NCBI GenBank assembly: GCA_051362555.1
Contig: CM120645.1
Location: forward strand, 6,076,001 to 6,140,000
Direction: 5' to 3'
DNA: 64,000 nt
Source of the DNA: Lingula anatina
Taxonomy: Eukaryota > Animalia > Brachiopoda
Shown: piece after piece, positions 30,527 to 43,319 of the stretch
Layout: each line of letters begins with the position of its first letter
Position numbering within the stretch: position 1 is the first letter of the stretch
The notes under the pieces: generated by a model
Told to the model about the DNA's origin: nothing
The model's input: the letters and a program-made list of their open reading frames with translations, nothing else
The model's database searches: none
Program-made: the position numbers and the translations under genes

Positions 30527-33500
30527 ATGGGTTCACCATTGCGAAGTAAGCTCTGGCAATTTAAATTATTTTTTCTGTGTCTGCGAGGAGTGTTAGGCGT
30601 GGACACACACGGTTATTCGATTGGACGGTCCAAAGCGTTAGTCAACGAAACCGTCCCCGGTGCTCCGATCTCGCCTGGTTCTGTTTTAACTCACCGTCAT
30701 TCAGCGAAAGATTCCATTCAGAATGACTTCAACAGGGATTCACCGTTACACTTTCAGCCCACCTCGACAAGAGCCAGTTTCACCAATTTTTCTTCTGGCG
30801 TAGATAACAGCGATGTGCCAGAACCGGTGACAGTAGTCCTGCGTGAGAAAGTGCACACTGATGAGAGAAATTTACCTTGGAAGGCAAGAACAGCCCCCTT
30901 TCCGTTCGCTACGAGAAGAGAGACAAGTAGAGATCGAGGAAAAAGGGATCTGTCTGGCATAACTTTCACATCGGACCCAACAACATCTGGCGAATCCATA
31001 CCGACTCCATGGAACAATTCGTCCTTTCCTCTTAACTTGCCCAACGAGTTTTGTGCAGGTAGTTTAGTTGTTCAGACATGGTGCTACTGCGACGAATTTT
31101 GCATTTTGTTTCAAGATTGTTGTTTTGACTGCAAAAAGCCTTTGCCATCGGCGGGAGTGGGCGTAAACTCAAGTAACATTGAATGCATATTGCAGTCTAC
31201 AGCACTTTTCAGAGGACTTCGGACCCAACATTTCTGGATGGTGACTTCATGCCCAGAGGAATGGCCCTATGACATCGTTCGATCTAAATGTGAAGGGCTG
31301 CGAAACACCAGTGAAACTGACCGCCTTGTTCCCGTGTCCGACTTAGCAACTAACTTGACATTTCATAACAAATACTGTGCCATTTGCCATGGTATGTCAA
31401 CTGTCCAACAATGGGTTTTTTACGTAACATGTGTTAGCAGGGTTTCATATGGTGTCGATTTGTTTTTCAACTCCACGCATCATGAGGATGTTGTAGAACA
31501 GGCCAGAAGAACGGAAGGGTGTGTCCTGTTATTTGATCCTCCGACCAACACTCCAGGCAGGATATGTATTCCATCTGACTACATGCCAATTGTTTCAACA
31601 TCAAGTGGACGCGTCGAGACTCCTCAGTGTGGCCTAGACGCCGACCCAGAGCACAAGAAGCTTTGTTCGTCAGGACCGATATCCATTACGCGATTTCCGA
31701 TTTGGTCATCAGACTATTATGGAAGAAATATCTTCTGCTGGCTTTGTAGACTGCCAAAGGGTTTTGAGCTGGACATTACACCCTGTTCTGACTCAGGTAA
31801 GTTCCAGTTTTTGTCGAAAAAGTAAGAAGTGTAAACGCACGTGCTTCAAATAATGAAAAAATGAGTACTAGTAAGTTATTTTGGCGGATGTATATGTGAC
31901 GAAGTTAATTATTGAAAAGTAAATAAAATTCAAAATAATAAAATTAAATCCAATGGAAATCAAAATAAAAGTAATAGACAGGCAGTGGTATTAAGAGTGA
32001 GCCGCTCCTTTAAAGCTATAACTTTAATCATAGAAAGGGTTTGTATTCAACTGATTGCGTCTAAGTTACGTGTTTACGTGTCTTGCTGCCTGCGTCACTT
32101 TATAACGGCTCACCGTGGGAAGCCCAGTTCTTTTATTCAGTTTGTTTCCTGATGATATAATTAATAGTTTCTCGCCCAAAGATTATTACGTACATGTAAT
32201 GCATCCACCATTCGTACATTTTATGTACAGACACAGCCATGTCCGTACATATTGCGTCTGTCGTCGCCGTCGTCGCCGTCACCCTGCACTTCCACCAATA
32301 ACACGTTAAGTGGAAAACCATTTTACCTTTTGTCTTTAAACTGATAGAACTGATGAATACTCATAAAATACAGGTCGAGTTTGAAAATCAGCATGAACGG
32401 GACATTAGTTTTTAAAAGTTATGTTTTTTCCGCTTTTTCAGCATATGTGCAACACCCATAACACATTTCAAGTAAAACCGATAGGCCTATTGTCTTGAAA
32501 CCCATAGGAGCAATCTTACCAAAATACAGGTCGAGTTAAAAAACAGCTGGATCGGATCATTTTTATAACAGTTATGCTGTTCTTTCACTTTTTGCTGCAT
32601 ATTTTATCCACTGACATATAGAAAACCGTGTCATGTTTTGTTGTAAAACTTGCCAGACAGATTGATGGGACTAATATACAGATGGATTTTGAAAATAAGC
32701 TTGATCGGTTCAATTTTGATAAAGATATGCCATTTTTTTATAAAAATGTTTTTTCGTCAGATTCTATTCTTAGGCATTTAAACATTCTCATTCTCATTAT
32801 TCAAGTAATGCTTTCTGTCTGTACATTTGACAGCTTTACTTCCTTGTTGAAACTTTACCAGGAAAGAAATTCTGCAGGAATTACAGCGACATTAATGAAT
32901 GTGGGTCAAATTTCACTTTCACAGATGATGCTAATTGAGTGAAAAAGTTTGAAGTCGGCAGTTTTAACAAGTGCTGACAATGATCTTCATTTTAGGCATA
33001 CATTTCGTAGGATACAGTTAAAATAAAGTCTTGAGGTTGCACAGCATCAGTATCGTGTGAAGCCTCCACTGATTATCGTCAAGACTTGCTCACACTTTGT
33101 CATTTCCATGACAATAAAAATCTTCATTGATTTTGTCATTACCATCCATCCTATAAACAAATAAAGTTTTATTTTTCAAAAGCTAAAGAAAAATTAACTG
33201 ATCCAATAACAGCAAATATTTTCCATATAAGGCGGTTAAGTATATCTATCTATTGACAAAAAGTAAATTATAAGCAAAACATTACAAAACCTTCCACATT
33301 TCCTCCGCATAGCTTTATTTTATAATCCCCCTACCCCCCCCCCCCCCCCCCCCCAATCCGCAAAAAAAATCTCACACGATTTGCAAAACCCTTGAGAACC
33401 TGTGTATCAATACAAAAATAACAGAAATTGTTTCTTTCATTTCTCTAGAAAGATCTCGATCATTCGATTCACTGGGATATTCCGTCTTGCTCGACACGAC

Positions 33501-34667
33501 TGGGGTGCAATATGAAAAACCGTGTGAGGACTCCATAGGCCAGGGCCAAGTGAGTTGTAGAGATATTGCTTTGTAAAAATGTAATGTCAATTATATTCTT
33601 GTGATAAACTATTTTTATCTCAGAGACAGAATACGAATGTAAATATCGTTTCCTCTTGCATAACGTGATTTTGATAATAGTGAGAATCACATATACAAAC
33701 AAAAAATAAACAATATACAGCAATAACAAAAACACCTAATTAGCATCAGAAAGTGCACTTTGTTTCCAACAAAAACATATAGAAACAGTTTCATACTGAT
33801 TTGCAATTTGGCACTTTGTCACTTTTAATTACCTCAATAAACCATTGCCGTGTCATGCCGTACCATGTGCCATGTGCCGTGTCTGAAGATTGAATTGCTT
33901 AATCCGTCTGTCGATAGAGATATGAAAACACATTATTACAAACAGTTTGAGGGCGTCCTACCTTATTCCACGAAGAAACATTATTATTATCATTATTATT
34001 TTTATTATCATTATTATTATTATTATTATTATTATAAAATTCCACTTTCCAGTTACCTTGTGAAGACACAGATGACCAGTGTTTTACTCCAATACGATAC
34101 CTGTTCAACATTGATTTTCCCATTCATTTTGCGTTGGTTCCGGAAAACGATTTGAACGCCACTGCAGCTAAAGGCATTTGTGGCGTATACCTAGGTTATC
34201 TCTTCCGTCTCAATATTTTCGAAACTGTCAGTAAAGGGGTGTGGAAAATGGCAGGCCCCTCTAGGCTGTGTAGAGAGGTAGGTCCAAATGCAACAATTCC
34301 AAGAGTAGTCTCCGTGTCCACCTTTAAGGTCAGATTAACGAAGGCGATCCACAGTTATCGTGAAGGTTTTCGGATGTTTGCCTCGTTCCTAGACGACTTC
34401 ACCAAGAGGCTGAAGGACAGAAACGAGCGAATCACCTTTGAAGGCAAGGTATACCTGGTAACCGTGATGGGTTTGGTTAAGGACTCCTGTGCATCTGACG
34501 GAAGTACTACTCAATTAGGCAAACCTTCGCCAGGAATGCACGACGTCAAGACTAGCAACCCGCCCTCCTCCACCAGCGGGGGTCTGCTCAGCAGTACTTC
34601 TTCACTGGCACACATGGCGTTTACGGTTGCCGGGGGTGTCTTCGTTTGGGAGATATCTATAATGTAA
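30527..34667 (+). CDS. Somatomedin-B-like, Cys-rich surface protein (~661 aa), probably GPI-anchored
   Basis: Exons 30527-31796, 33449-33549 and 34053-34667 (phases 1, 0; 1986 nt, open). It has a signal peptide (KLFFLCLRGVLG), a furin site RGKR, an SMB-type CYCDEFCILFQDCCFDC, and then WMVTSCP..CE..PVSD..TFHNKYCAICHG. The C-terminus is a small-residue stretch plus hydrophobic tail (SSTSGGLLSSTSSLAHMAFTVAGGVFVWEISIM). Confidence 0.82.
32168..32740 (+). mobile_element. Probable Helentron-associated non-autonomous element (HINE-like) in intron 1
   Basis: A (cgt/cgc)n microsatellite-like tract at 32255-32280 is followed by 2-3 degenerate tandem units containing aaatacaggtcgagtt. Boundaries are approximate. 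Confidence 0.45.
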
Positions 34668-35258
34668 CGACACTTGTCATTTGAAATGATTACTGAATAT
34701 TGAACACCGCATATGGTGGTTGGATTATGGTGGGTGACAATAACGATTTCTACTTAAATAATGCCAGAAGAGAAAGTCTCTGGTACCATTGTTTTCTATT
34801 TCATATCTTAAGAGTGTTTGAAACTCGAGAACTATATTGCACAAAATAGCTTTATCGTTATATTATACGCCGTTTCATATTTCTGTAATACGGTATACAG
34901 AGAGATAATCCTTCCTCTGTGAGGGGTAGAGAGTGCTCAGGTTAATAGACTTTTGCAGATACTCCTATAGATATTCACTCAATATGCACGTCTTTTCTAA
35001 GTAGTCTTTTGCACAATGTCGCCATCACCGATGCTTTCTCTTGTACCATAGAGCATGTCATATTACAGTAAGATACGATAAGAAAGGGTAAGAGTTTATT
35101 AAGCCATTGAAATTCAAATTAAAATTCACATATATCGGACATTGGATTGCTATTTATCTAAAGGAATAAAGTATAAGATAACAATATAGTTTCTAAGATA
35201 TAGTTGCCAATTTTTTTTTTCTTTTTTTAATGAGAGACAGCAGACGGGTGAAAACTCT

Positions 35259-35600
35259 TTAAAACATTTTGGATCCTTTAAAACTTAAATGTCTGCAGTT
35301 ACTCGGCAAGAAATTAAAAAGAGCGTGTGCAGGATGGGTACATGTACAGTTAGACATATTATTCCTGCTTTTGCTTCTAATCTTTCTGTATAAATTGAAA
35401 GATGGGAGCTCAAGACCATTAGTTGTGCTACAAGTATTTGTCACCACATCTAAATGCTTGCGGTGTTCTCCAGTGGCACGCCCATACCACACTGTGATTG
35501 CAAATGTTAAAAGACTCAATTATGCACCTGTAATAGTTCGATAAAATAATTTAATTCGATGTAAAACCCTTCAACTTTCTTGAAAAGCATACCCTGAGTA
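35259..35600 (-). mobile_element. 3' remnant of a non-LTR retrotransposon ORF2 (Rex/Babar or L2-like)
   Basis: Minus-strand translation ..RKLKGF..IESLLTFAITVWYG..RKHLDVV..HPAHALFNFLPS.. matches the typical post-RT C-terminal motif (IESILT..I..WYG..HP.H.LF..LPSG). Confidence 0.75.
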
Positions 35601-36496
35601 TAAATTCATTGTCATGAGGTGGATAAAACTTTTAAAGAACACTACTACTAAAACGTTATGTACACTGAGTACTTCACTCAACTTAATGATCAGTCAGAGC
35701 TTTGACTCAGTTATAAACCAGACCATAGTTGATATCGGTATAACATAGTCAATTTTTTACCATTTTTATCATGCCCCATCTATGATATCAAAGTGATAAC
35801 CTCAGACGTTCTTTACGGGAAGCAGTTAGATACCAACATACTGTACTGTCCAAAACCACTAAGTGCAGATCTCAATTTGTGTCGATTGTGCATTCCAGGT
35901 TTTGACGTATGCTTGTAGTACTACTAGTTTGTATTAGAGTCAAAACAAAGCGGTGTGGCCATCAACGACGCGTCCGACGTTAGACCATCTCGTATTCATC
36001 AGGCAATATTTGCCCAAATGCTATATTACACTTATACAACAGATATTCAGGTACCAAATAATGTTTTTTTTTTTCAAAACACTAAATGGGTAAATTACAG
36101 AATTTTAAAATGCAAACAAAGCATGTAAACAGGCATGTAAAAAGTCCCTGCCGATAAAAACTCATTTAAGAGTGATGATATGTGATTGGTTAACATATCT
36201 TTTGGTATGAAATCCTAGCTCTTGTGCATTTTAAAAATAAAATATACATGTATGGTGGATTTGAAATTGCATTCCAGTTCCCTCTAAAAAGATATTTCTT
36301 TACATCAGATTTTTCGTCACAAAATACTTAAAATAATATATAAGAAAACAAGACAGCATTATTTTATAGTTCGCTTTATAAGCCTTCATAATCATTCATT
36401 TTGTGTTAAAGACTCACCTAAACAAGTCTTGCTTACTGTAATGCTCCCAAAATTTTCATATCATAAAGTTTTGTTATCCCTAAGTTTTTGTCAAAT

Positions 36497-36876
36497 TCAT
36501 CAGGATTTACTTAGGTTTAATCTACTACTGTATGGTTACATCAGGACTGATTGAATTTCAACCTACTGCTGTGTGGTTTCATCAGGATTGACTTAAGATG
36601 AACCTACTGCTGTGTGGTTTCATCAGAATTGACTTAAGATGAACCTACTGCTGTGTGGTTTCATCAAGATTGACTTAAAATAAGATTAACCTACTGCTGT
36701 GTGGTTTCATCATGATTGACTGAAGATTAACCTACTGCTGTGTGGTTTCATCAGGATTGACTTAAAATTAACCCACTGCTAAGTGGTTTCATCAGGATGG
36801 ACTTAAGAATAACCTACTACAGCGAGGATTCATCAGGATTAACTTTAAGTTAACCTAACGCTGTGTGGTTTCATCA
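36497..36876. repeat. Minisatellite, ~39-bp unit, about 9-10 copies
   Basis: Consensus aacctactgctgtgtggtttcatcaggattgacttaagatt, repeated head to tail with no unique spacers. Confidence 0.92.
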
Positions 36877-37170
36877 AAACAGAAATGGCGCTTAAATAAA
36901 CAAAAGTTTACACTTAACGATTTTTTTCCAATGACTTTAAACCTGAAAACTATAAATATCAACCATTACATGGGCTTAAATTGAATCCACAACTATTTTC
37001 AGCATCGCGTGTGCCCGCCTCTAGAAACACTCATGTTTCACATGGCCTTCTCTTCGACATCCTTGGTCGAACTGAGAATTTATCAAGATAAACACTTAAT
37101 ATAATTATTGAAACACATATATAAACGATTTTAACAATAACTTGTTTACTGTAATCTTTGCAATATTTGT

Positions 37171-38360
37171 TGCACACTTCGCGACATTTTCCGTCCCTTA
37201 TAAGGGGTGGTGACCTCGTTTTTCTTCTTGGTACTGGGAGGCGATATTAGGGATTTACTTTTCCCCGAAACATAACGCCCAGAGAGATTACCTGTATTGT
37301 CTGAAAAACTACGTATGCTGAATGCAAAGAGAGATTTTGTCATTATAATGATTTCGTAAAATTAATGTGGTTCTGCATAATCTTCTGCTTGCCAAAGATT
37401 GAGAATGCACCAGGTTGTAATTTCTGACGTAGTTTACCAGGATCTACTGGCTTACATACGAGAACCTTTAATTTGCTTGTTTATAAGCCCCTACGTGTGT
37501 AACCTGTAATCCCTCATAGATTTGCGTTCTTTAATCATGATTGTCTTGTAGCCTTGAAAACATTCAATGTGTCCACAGATTCAGTAATCTTTAACTTGTC
37601 TCTTTATTAGTTTCGTCTATTCATCAAATAATGATTACTGTGTTGACCTTTATTGTTAAGCATTTAATTCTATTTCATATATCATATTTATCTTAATTTT
37701 TCCATTTATTAATCTATTTATGAGTGGATTCTAGAGTTAATTGATATATGTTTAATAAAAGCTATGTACAATCCTGCCTTGCCTGGATATTCTGGATATG
37801 TTTTATGACATCTTAAAAATATTTCTCGAAAGAAGTAATGAGCACTTGGAGGGGCAGAAGTTATAAAGAACGTCTTTTGTTTAATAACCTTAAAATAATA
37901 ATCACCATGCATAATACTGGCCAAAAATGAATTCACAGCTATTGTATATTCCGTATTGTGTGTGTCTACCTCTACAAACCACATATGCTTCACAACGCCT
38001 CCTTATTGAGATAACTAATGTGTGAATGCGCTGCTGTGGAACAGAGCTCCTTTCTTGCATGAACAAGCTGGTTGCGTTAATCATTTATTATCATAAAATT
38101 ATTCTCTTAACCCCCCTACCCCTACCCGGTCACATTAATTTGAAACCTCCTCTAAGTACATCGTAGGATTCTGCGTTCCTCTCCATGTAGTCAACGTTTA
38201 TTCACTTAATTCGATGTGTTATTTGATAAGCAGACAAAATTGTCCATAAGAACAATTAAATATGTTTGTTTATGATGATGATATTAAACAGAAAATTGAA
38301 GACGGTTTCTCTTGGGTTTGATTCATACAATTATCATAATATTAATATTCAGCATGATGT
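37171..38360 (+). repeat. Second copies Y' (37171-37530) and X' (37771-38360)
   Basis: Direct-orientation homologs of 29978-30350 and 29191-29780, in swapped order. Confidence 0.8.
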
Positions 38361-38560
38361 TGAAGTGATCTCAGTGTATTACATAGAAAGATAAATTTCC
38401 TTTAAAATGTTTTTGTTTTAAAAAACGTGTTTTTGAGGTTTTTTTTAAGTTCTGCTTGCCAAACAATGAACATGCATGGGTTTCAAACGTCATTCATTAC
38501 GACCTGCAGGTTGAAATATTAATACATATAATTTGCGTGAATATTTACCCCGACGTGTTA

Positions 38561-38629
38561 CAGATTTTGGTTACTCTGCTGAATTGTGTTTCTACTAGAA
38601 ATACAATTCAGCAGAGTAACCATAATCTG
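38561..38629. repeat. Near-perfect palindrome (34-bp arms, 1-nt loop)
   Basis: cagattttggttactctgctgaattgtgtttcta-c-tagaaatacaattcagcagagtaaccataatctg, with two mismatches. Confidence 0.92.
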
Positions 38630-40687
38630 ATGAGTTAATATAATACATGCCTCATACGGATGAAAGAAATGGTTTACATCAGCCATTGGCAGAGGTGAAA
38701 CTTCCTTCATTGCAGCAGATTCGACAAGGTGGTCCTTGTGTTGTCTTCTGCTTAACAACAACTGCATTCACGTACAATTTAAAAAGTTTTATCAGTTCTG
38801 TAATTTCCATATATGAGTTTTTTTGGTCAATTCTTACTTATTTGAGTTGAAAATTCAAGCACTATTCATTCATAATAAGTTAAATCGATTCATCTTCTGA
38901 CTTCTTTTAAGTCCCCATGTTTCAGCCCACATCCATTTGATATATTGAATAGATATATTTGTCCTACATACATTTCCTACATGTACCTACCCACTGATAA
39001 CGGCTGTTATTCAGGCACTGTAAACAAAAAAGAACCACGTTTTGTTCTACATCAGCAGCGTGCATTCAAAACCATTGGTTCTGATCAAGAACATAGATGT
39101 ATAACCCAGCAGTCCTAGAATGTAAAATCATAACGCTTGCCTTATCAAGATTCTTTATCAAGAAGTTTACTTTTACTGTTGATTAACCAGCAGGTTAGGC
39201 ACGCGACAGAAACGAAAGTGGGTCATGTTGTATAAATATTACTCATTTAGTTCATCCCTTGCTCCATTGCTGTCTTTGCGGGGGGCTTAAAGTGACTGTT
39301 GCAGTTAAAGTTATTTAGTGACTAACAGCGTGACAAACAGACACGCCCAGCATGGCGCACCCAACAGGCGGAGCAGCAATTCACACACGAGCTACAACTG
39401 CTACCAGTATTCACATTGAGGAAACATCAAAGAGTGTGTCGTTGGCATCCGGGTTTGTATTTGATACTCCACAAGATTTTAGCCTTGGGAAATGTCACCT
39501 AAAGGAGAATTACTTCACTCCAAAAATTACAACTCATATTAAGTTTTCTAACAAATTGCAACAATTACGAAGTCTGGGTTCTCATATGATTGGTTCGGGT
39601 TAGGTTGGGCTGAGTATTGGGGTTATATGGGGCGAATGTCACCTGTACAATGTAATGGGGAACGGACTACGGTTCCTAGCGGATTACCATTCTAGTACAG
39701 GTCACACCGGTCCCAATGCCCGTAACACTGTTGTGCAACTGAGTTTTATTTTATAGTATTCTACGTTTGTATGTTATCACATTTACCTTTTTATTTAACC
39801 TTTTCTACGCGATAAACAGCATTATATAAGTGCTATTTAAGTGGGTAACACGAAAAGAAATACTATTTAATTGTTACTGTTGAATTTTTTTTCAATTTAG
39901 ATGACTAATGTTAATCACTTTGATAATTTATTATTAGATTGTAAACTTAGATAGATACTGTTGTTCCTGTATGTGATAATTTCCAGTCCATACAATCAAC
40001 ACAACTTCGCTGTTTTCAACGCCAGACGCGCAAAGGCCGATAATAATGAGTCCAAACCAAATTTTATCAAGATACTGCCCTGGGGAGGGCGGTCCAATGA
40101 CGAAGGGTGTATGGACGGTTGCTGTGGCAAAATGACTTGGTACGCCGTAGTCGCTTTCCCTTTAGCTGTGACTCTTGTAAGTAATGAATTCCTATGCAAC
40201 CAACTGTTTTATTGAAATATGTTTTAAGACATCGTGTTTGAACATGTTATGGTGTGGCCAACCCCAGACCCATTTAAGAAGGGGAAGGTAGAATTTACCC
40301 AAATCTCTGAACAGCTAGAAAAGTTAACTCACTTCCTTTCAATTTAGATTTACTAGTTAATGTGCACTGGGAAAGCAGTAATGCAGTTACATAATGCATC
40401 TATTTCAAAGCTTAAAATGATTACTGATTCGTCGGTGATGTCAAACATGCTGTATTTTGAGAGAAAACACCGCTGACAAAAGCATGAGTGACCTTAGAGT
40501 CACTCCTCTATAGACCTGCATATTTGCATTACTGTACTTCATACCTATGGATTGTCTGTACCAGATTTCCTATTCGGTATGTTCTCCAAACTTTTTTATT
40601 TATTTATTTATTTGCTACACACTGTACCTTGTGAAATACTTAAAATGTGTAAAATCATTCGTGTCCAATTATAAATTACTTACATAC

Positions 40688-40914
40688 GTAATATATACTT
40701 GGTCAGCCATGTACATGTTACAGTAACATTTTTTAATCTGTCTATATCTCTTAGATTTTTTATATATTTTAATAATGTTTTTAGTAGTGTTAATTTGAAA
40801 TGGTTTCTAATGAGTGTTTTAGATTTAAATATTGTAGTCATTTTAATGATTTTAGTTATATTATTCATTATTGTAAGGCGCCTTGAGGTAGCATGTAAGG
40901 CGCCATATAAGAAG

Positions 40915-40954
<40 letters not shown>

Positions 40955-40955
40955 G
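40688..40955 (+). mobile_element. 3' tail of an L2/CR1-type LINE or related SINE in intron 2 of copy B
   Basis: tgtaaggcgccttgag..taaggcgccatataag followed by an (ATT)n tail. It is absent at the homologous position of copy D (57421-57447). Confidence 0.65.
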
Positions 40956-41660
40956 CATGTATAAAACCAGCCAAGTATATTCAACCATAGCAAACCAAAA
41001 AAACTGCAGAGCCTTTTGCAAAAGACAAATACAAATTTGATGTTTGGACTTAACAATGTATTCATAGAAAGTTATTTCACAAGTACACATACACACATAT
41101 CAACTCATTTAGATTTACTTCAGTCTAGTTCCTGAATATACATGTAAACTGTGTTAAATAAGATAAACTCGTCGGGTGAGAATTATTACGTTCTATCTCC
41201 ATACTTTTACTTTTGGAGATATTGGTATCGTTGGGAAGCTGATAATGTGTTCTATCCCCCTGTGTATAGTTTATTTTCGGCTACAGGGTTTATACAATAA
41301 AGCTGTCACTTTGTTTGTCTTTTAGTTTGGGTGGTGGACACGAGGAAGTTTAATGCCTTATCTCTTCATGGTTGGCCTTTGCCTGCTCCTTATCTGGCAC
41401 ATAGCAGCAATGGTCATCATCAAGGTCAACCAAAGCCGATTTGAGTCAAACGATACTTGGTACCTTATAAAAGTATGGCTCTTACCATTTGATATAAAAT
41501 CATATATGTCTGCTCTCCATCTGATCTCCATCTGACTTTTCGGTGTTATGGTAACAGCTAGTGCTTAATTTGTTTTGCTTTTCAGCTTTATTTAGCTTAA
41601 CTCAAGAATGAGCTGGGTTATAATATTTATTTCCTGTGGTTACGCTACTACATAAAGATA

Positions 41661-43319
41661 CAGACTTGACATTTAATATGGAATATTTTTTTCGAAATAA
41701 TTTTTTATCAGTTTTTTCCTATTTTGCTGACTGATAAATAAAAATAAGGATTAAAATCGTGTTTTAATAACTTTAAATTACCTCTTTGATGTCATTGTGA
41801 CATCAGTTCATTAATGGAATTCGCCAGAGAAGCAAACAAAAACACGTTGCCTATTCTATGTCATACGACTCCTATTAAAAGAGATATTTTAGATTCCATA
41901 TTTTCCAAATTATCGTCTGTAAAAGGGTAATACGCTCCACAAAAGACCCTCATGTCAGCTGCTAGTCACAGTAATGGTCGTTGTTACGCCTGGCCTCTTC
42001 GTGGCTGTTGCCAGCGCTCTCAAGCGGCAAGGCATTTCTTGGGGGTAGGTTTTAAGAGTTCAATCTGGAATAACATTCCAGGCATCGGTCTAAAATTGTC
42101 CAATCTGGTCCAGTTTTGTTGTAGGACATGTAGGCAGTTGATTGGTGAGTAATGGTCTACCGAAATATTGTCTATGTGGTTCAAATGTGGCGATTTTGAT
42201 GACCAGGGTAGCTGGTCATTCCCTTGGTTCTGTAAGTTATCTGCTATTAAAGTGCTCTGTGTGAACCTGCAACCTCATTGTGCAACCTAGAATTGTTCCT
42301 AAGGTGCCCCCTATCAAATGATAGTCAAGTGGTTTCGAGATTATTCCTTTATTTGATCTGGTTCAGGTTTTCGTCGATGACTACCGTTGGTGTTTTGGCA
42401 CCAATGTGGAATCTATTCCAAATACTGACGCTGTCAATCACCCTTGTCACTTTAGACCCGGCATATGCTTCGTCGTAGGCCTCTTCTGGATATCTGTAAA
42501 CTCTGTTTTGACTAATTGGGCGGCACAGGTGAAATCTGACCTCAATAAAGAAAGCCACGCAGTTTCAGTGTTCTACCCAGAATCGTTCATGGCCCCCAAT
42601 TCATTAGAGAAACAGACAACGATGTTTTGCTGTATACAGTGGGTACCTCGGAGGTCATTTGGTGTTCTTACCTGCTAAAACCAGTTTAGTGTTCGCTAAG
42701 GGCTTTGAAAAATGCATTTTAGTTGCAATTTACCCCTCGTTCTGAACGGACTAAGTGTTTTTTGTTGAGTTGCAGCAGCGTATACCGAAAGACAGTGGGT
42801 CCTGTACCCTGTAGGTAAAATTTTGATACATTGGGGGTCACCTCTGTGTAGGTACATCAGTCTGGGCATTACTCTATAAAACTGTGGGGACCGTTCCGTT
42901 TGGCGCTATGATCTGTCTGGTTATGTCTGTCTTTTTCGCGCCATTCTGCCTTAGATTAACAAATTTGTAATGCACTACTTGGCTCATTTTACGCACTGCA
43001 AAACTGACCGCTTGCATGCAAAATTTCAAATTCTTCTATGCAGTAGTTGCCGAAATATGGATATTTTTTGACAGAACCAAGCTTTGCCTAAGCCAAGCTT
43101 TGATCAGCCCAAAGGAACACTACCCAATTAAATCACTGCAAATTACATAATGTAGCAGCGCAACAGGCATGAAAGTCAGTTAATTGGTAGCGACACACCT
43201 GACTACACACTTTTACATTCACAAATCTTATATGAGATCGGAGTTTTTTGAAAAAAGAACGTATTTTTACCTAGGTATACCTTCGAAACTGAAATATTCC
43301 ATATTAAATGTCAAGTCTG
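41661..43319 (-). mobile_element. Tc1/mariner DNA transposon (1659 bp) with degenerate transposase
   Basis: Perfect 28-bp TIRs (cagacttgacatttaatatggaatattt) and TA target duplication (41659-60, 43320-21). Minus-strand remnant FFIEVRF..RVYRYPEEAY..VSIW..NLNQIK. Confidence 0.9.

Noticed and set aside
36497-36876. CRISPR-like regular repeat
   Set aside because: Units are contiguous with no unique spacers, no cas genes are present, and the context is eukaryotic. It is a minisatellite.
40680-41096. Hydrophobic poly-Ile ORFs on both strands
   Set aside because: They derive from the (ATT)n tail and AT-rich body of a retroelement fragment.
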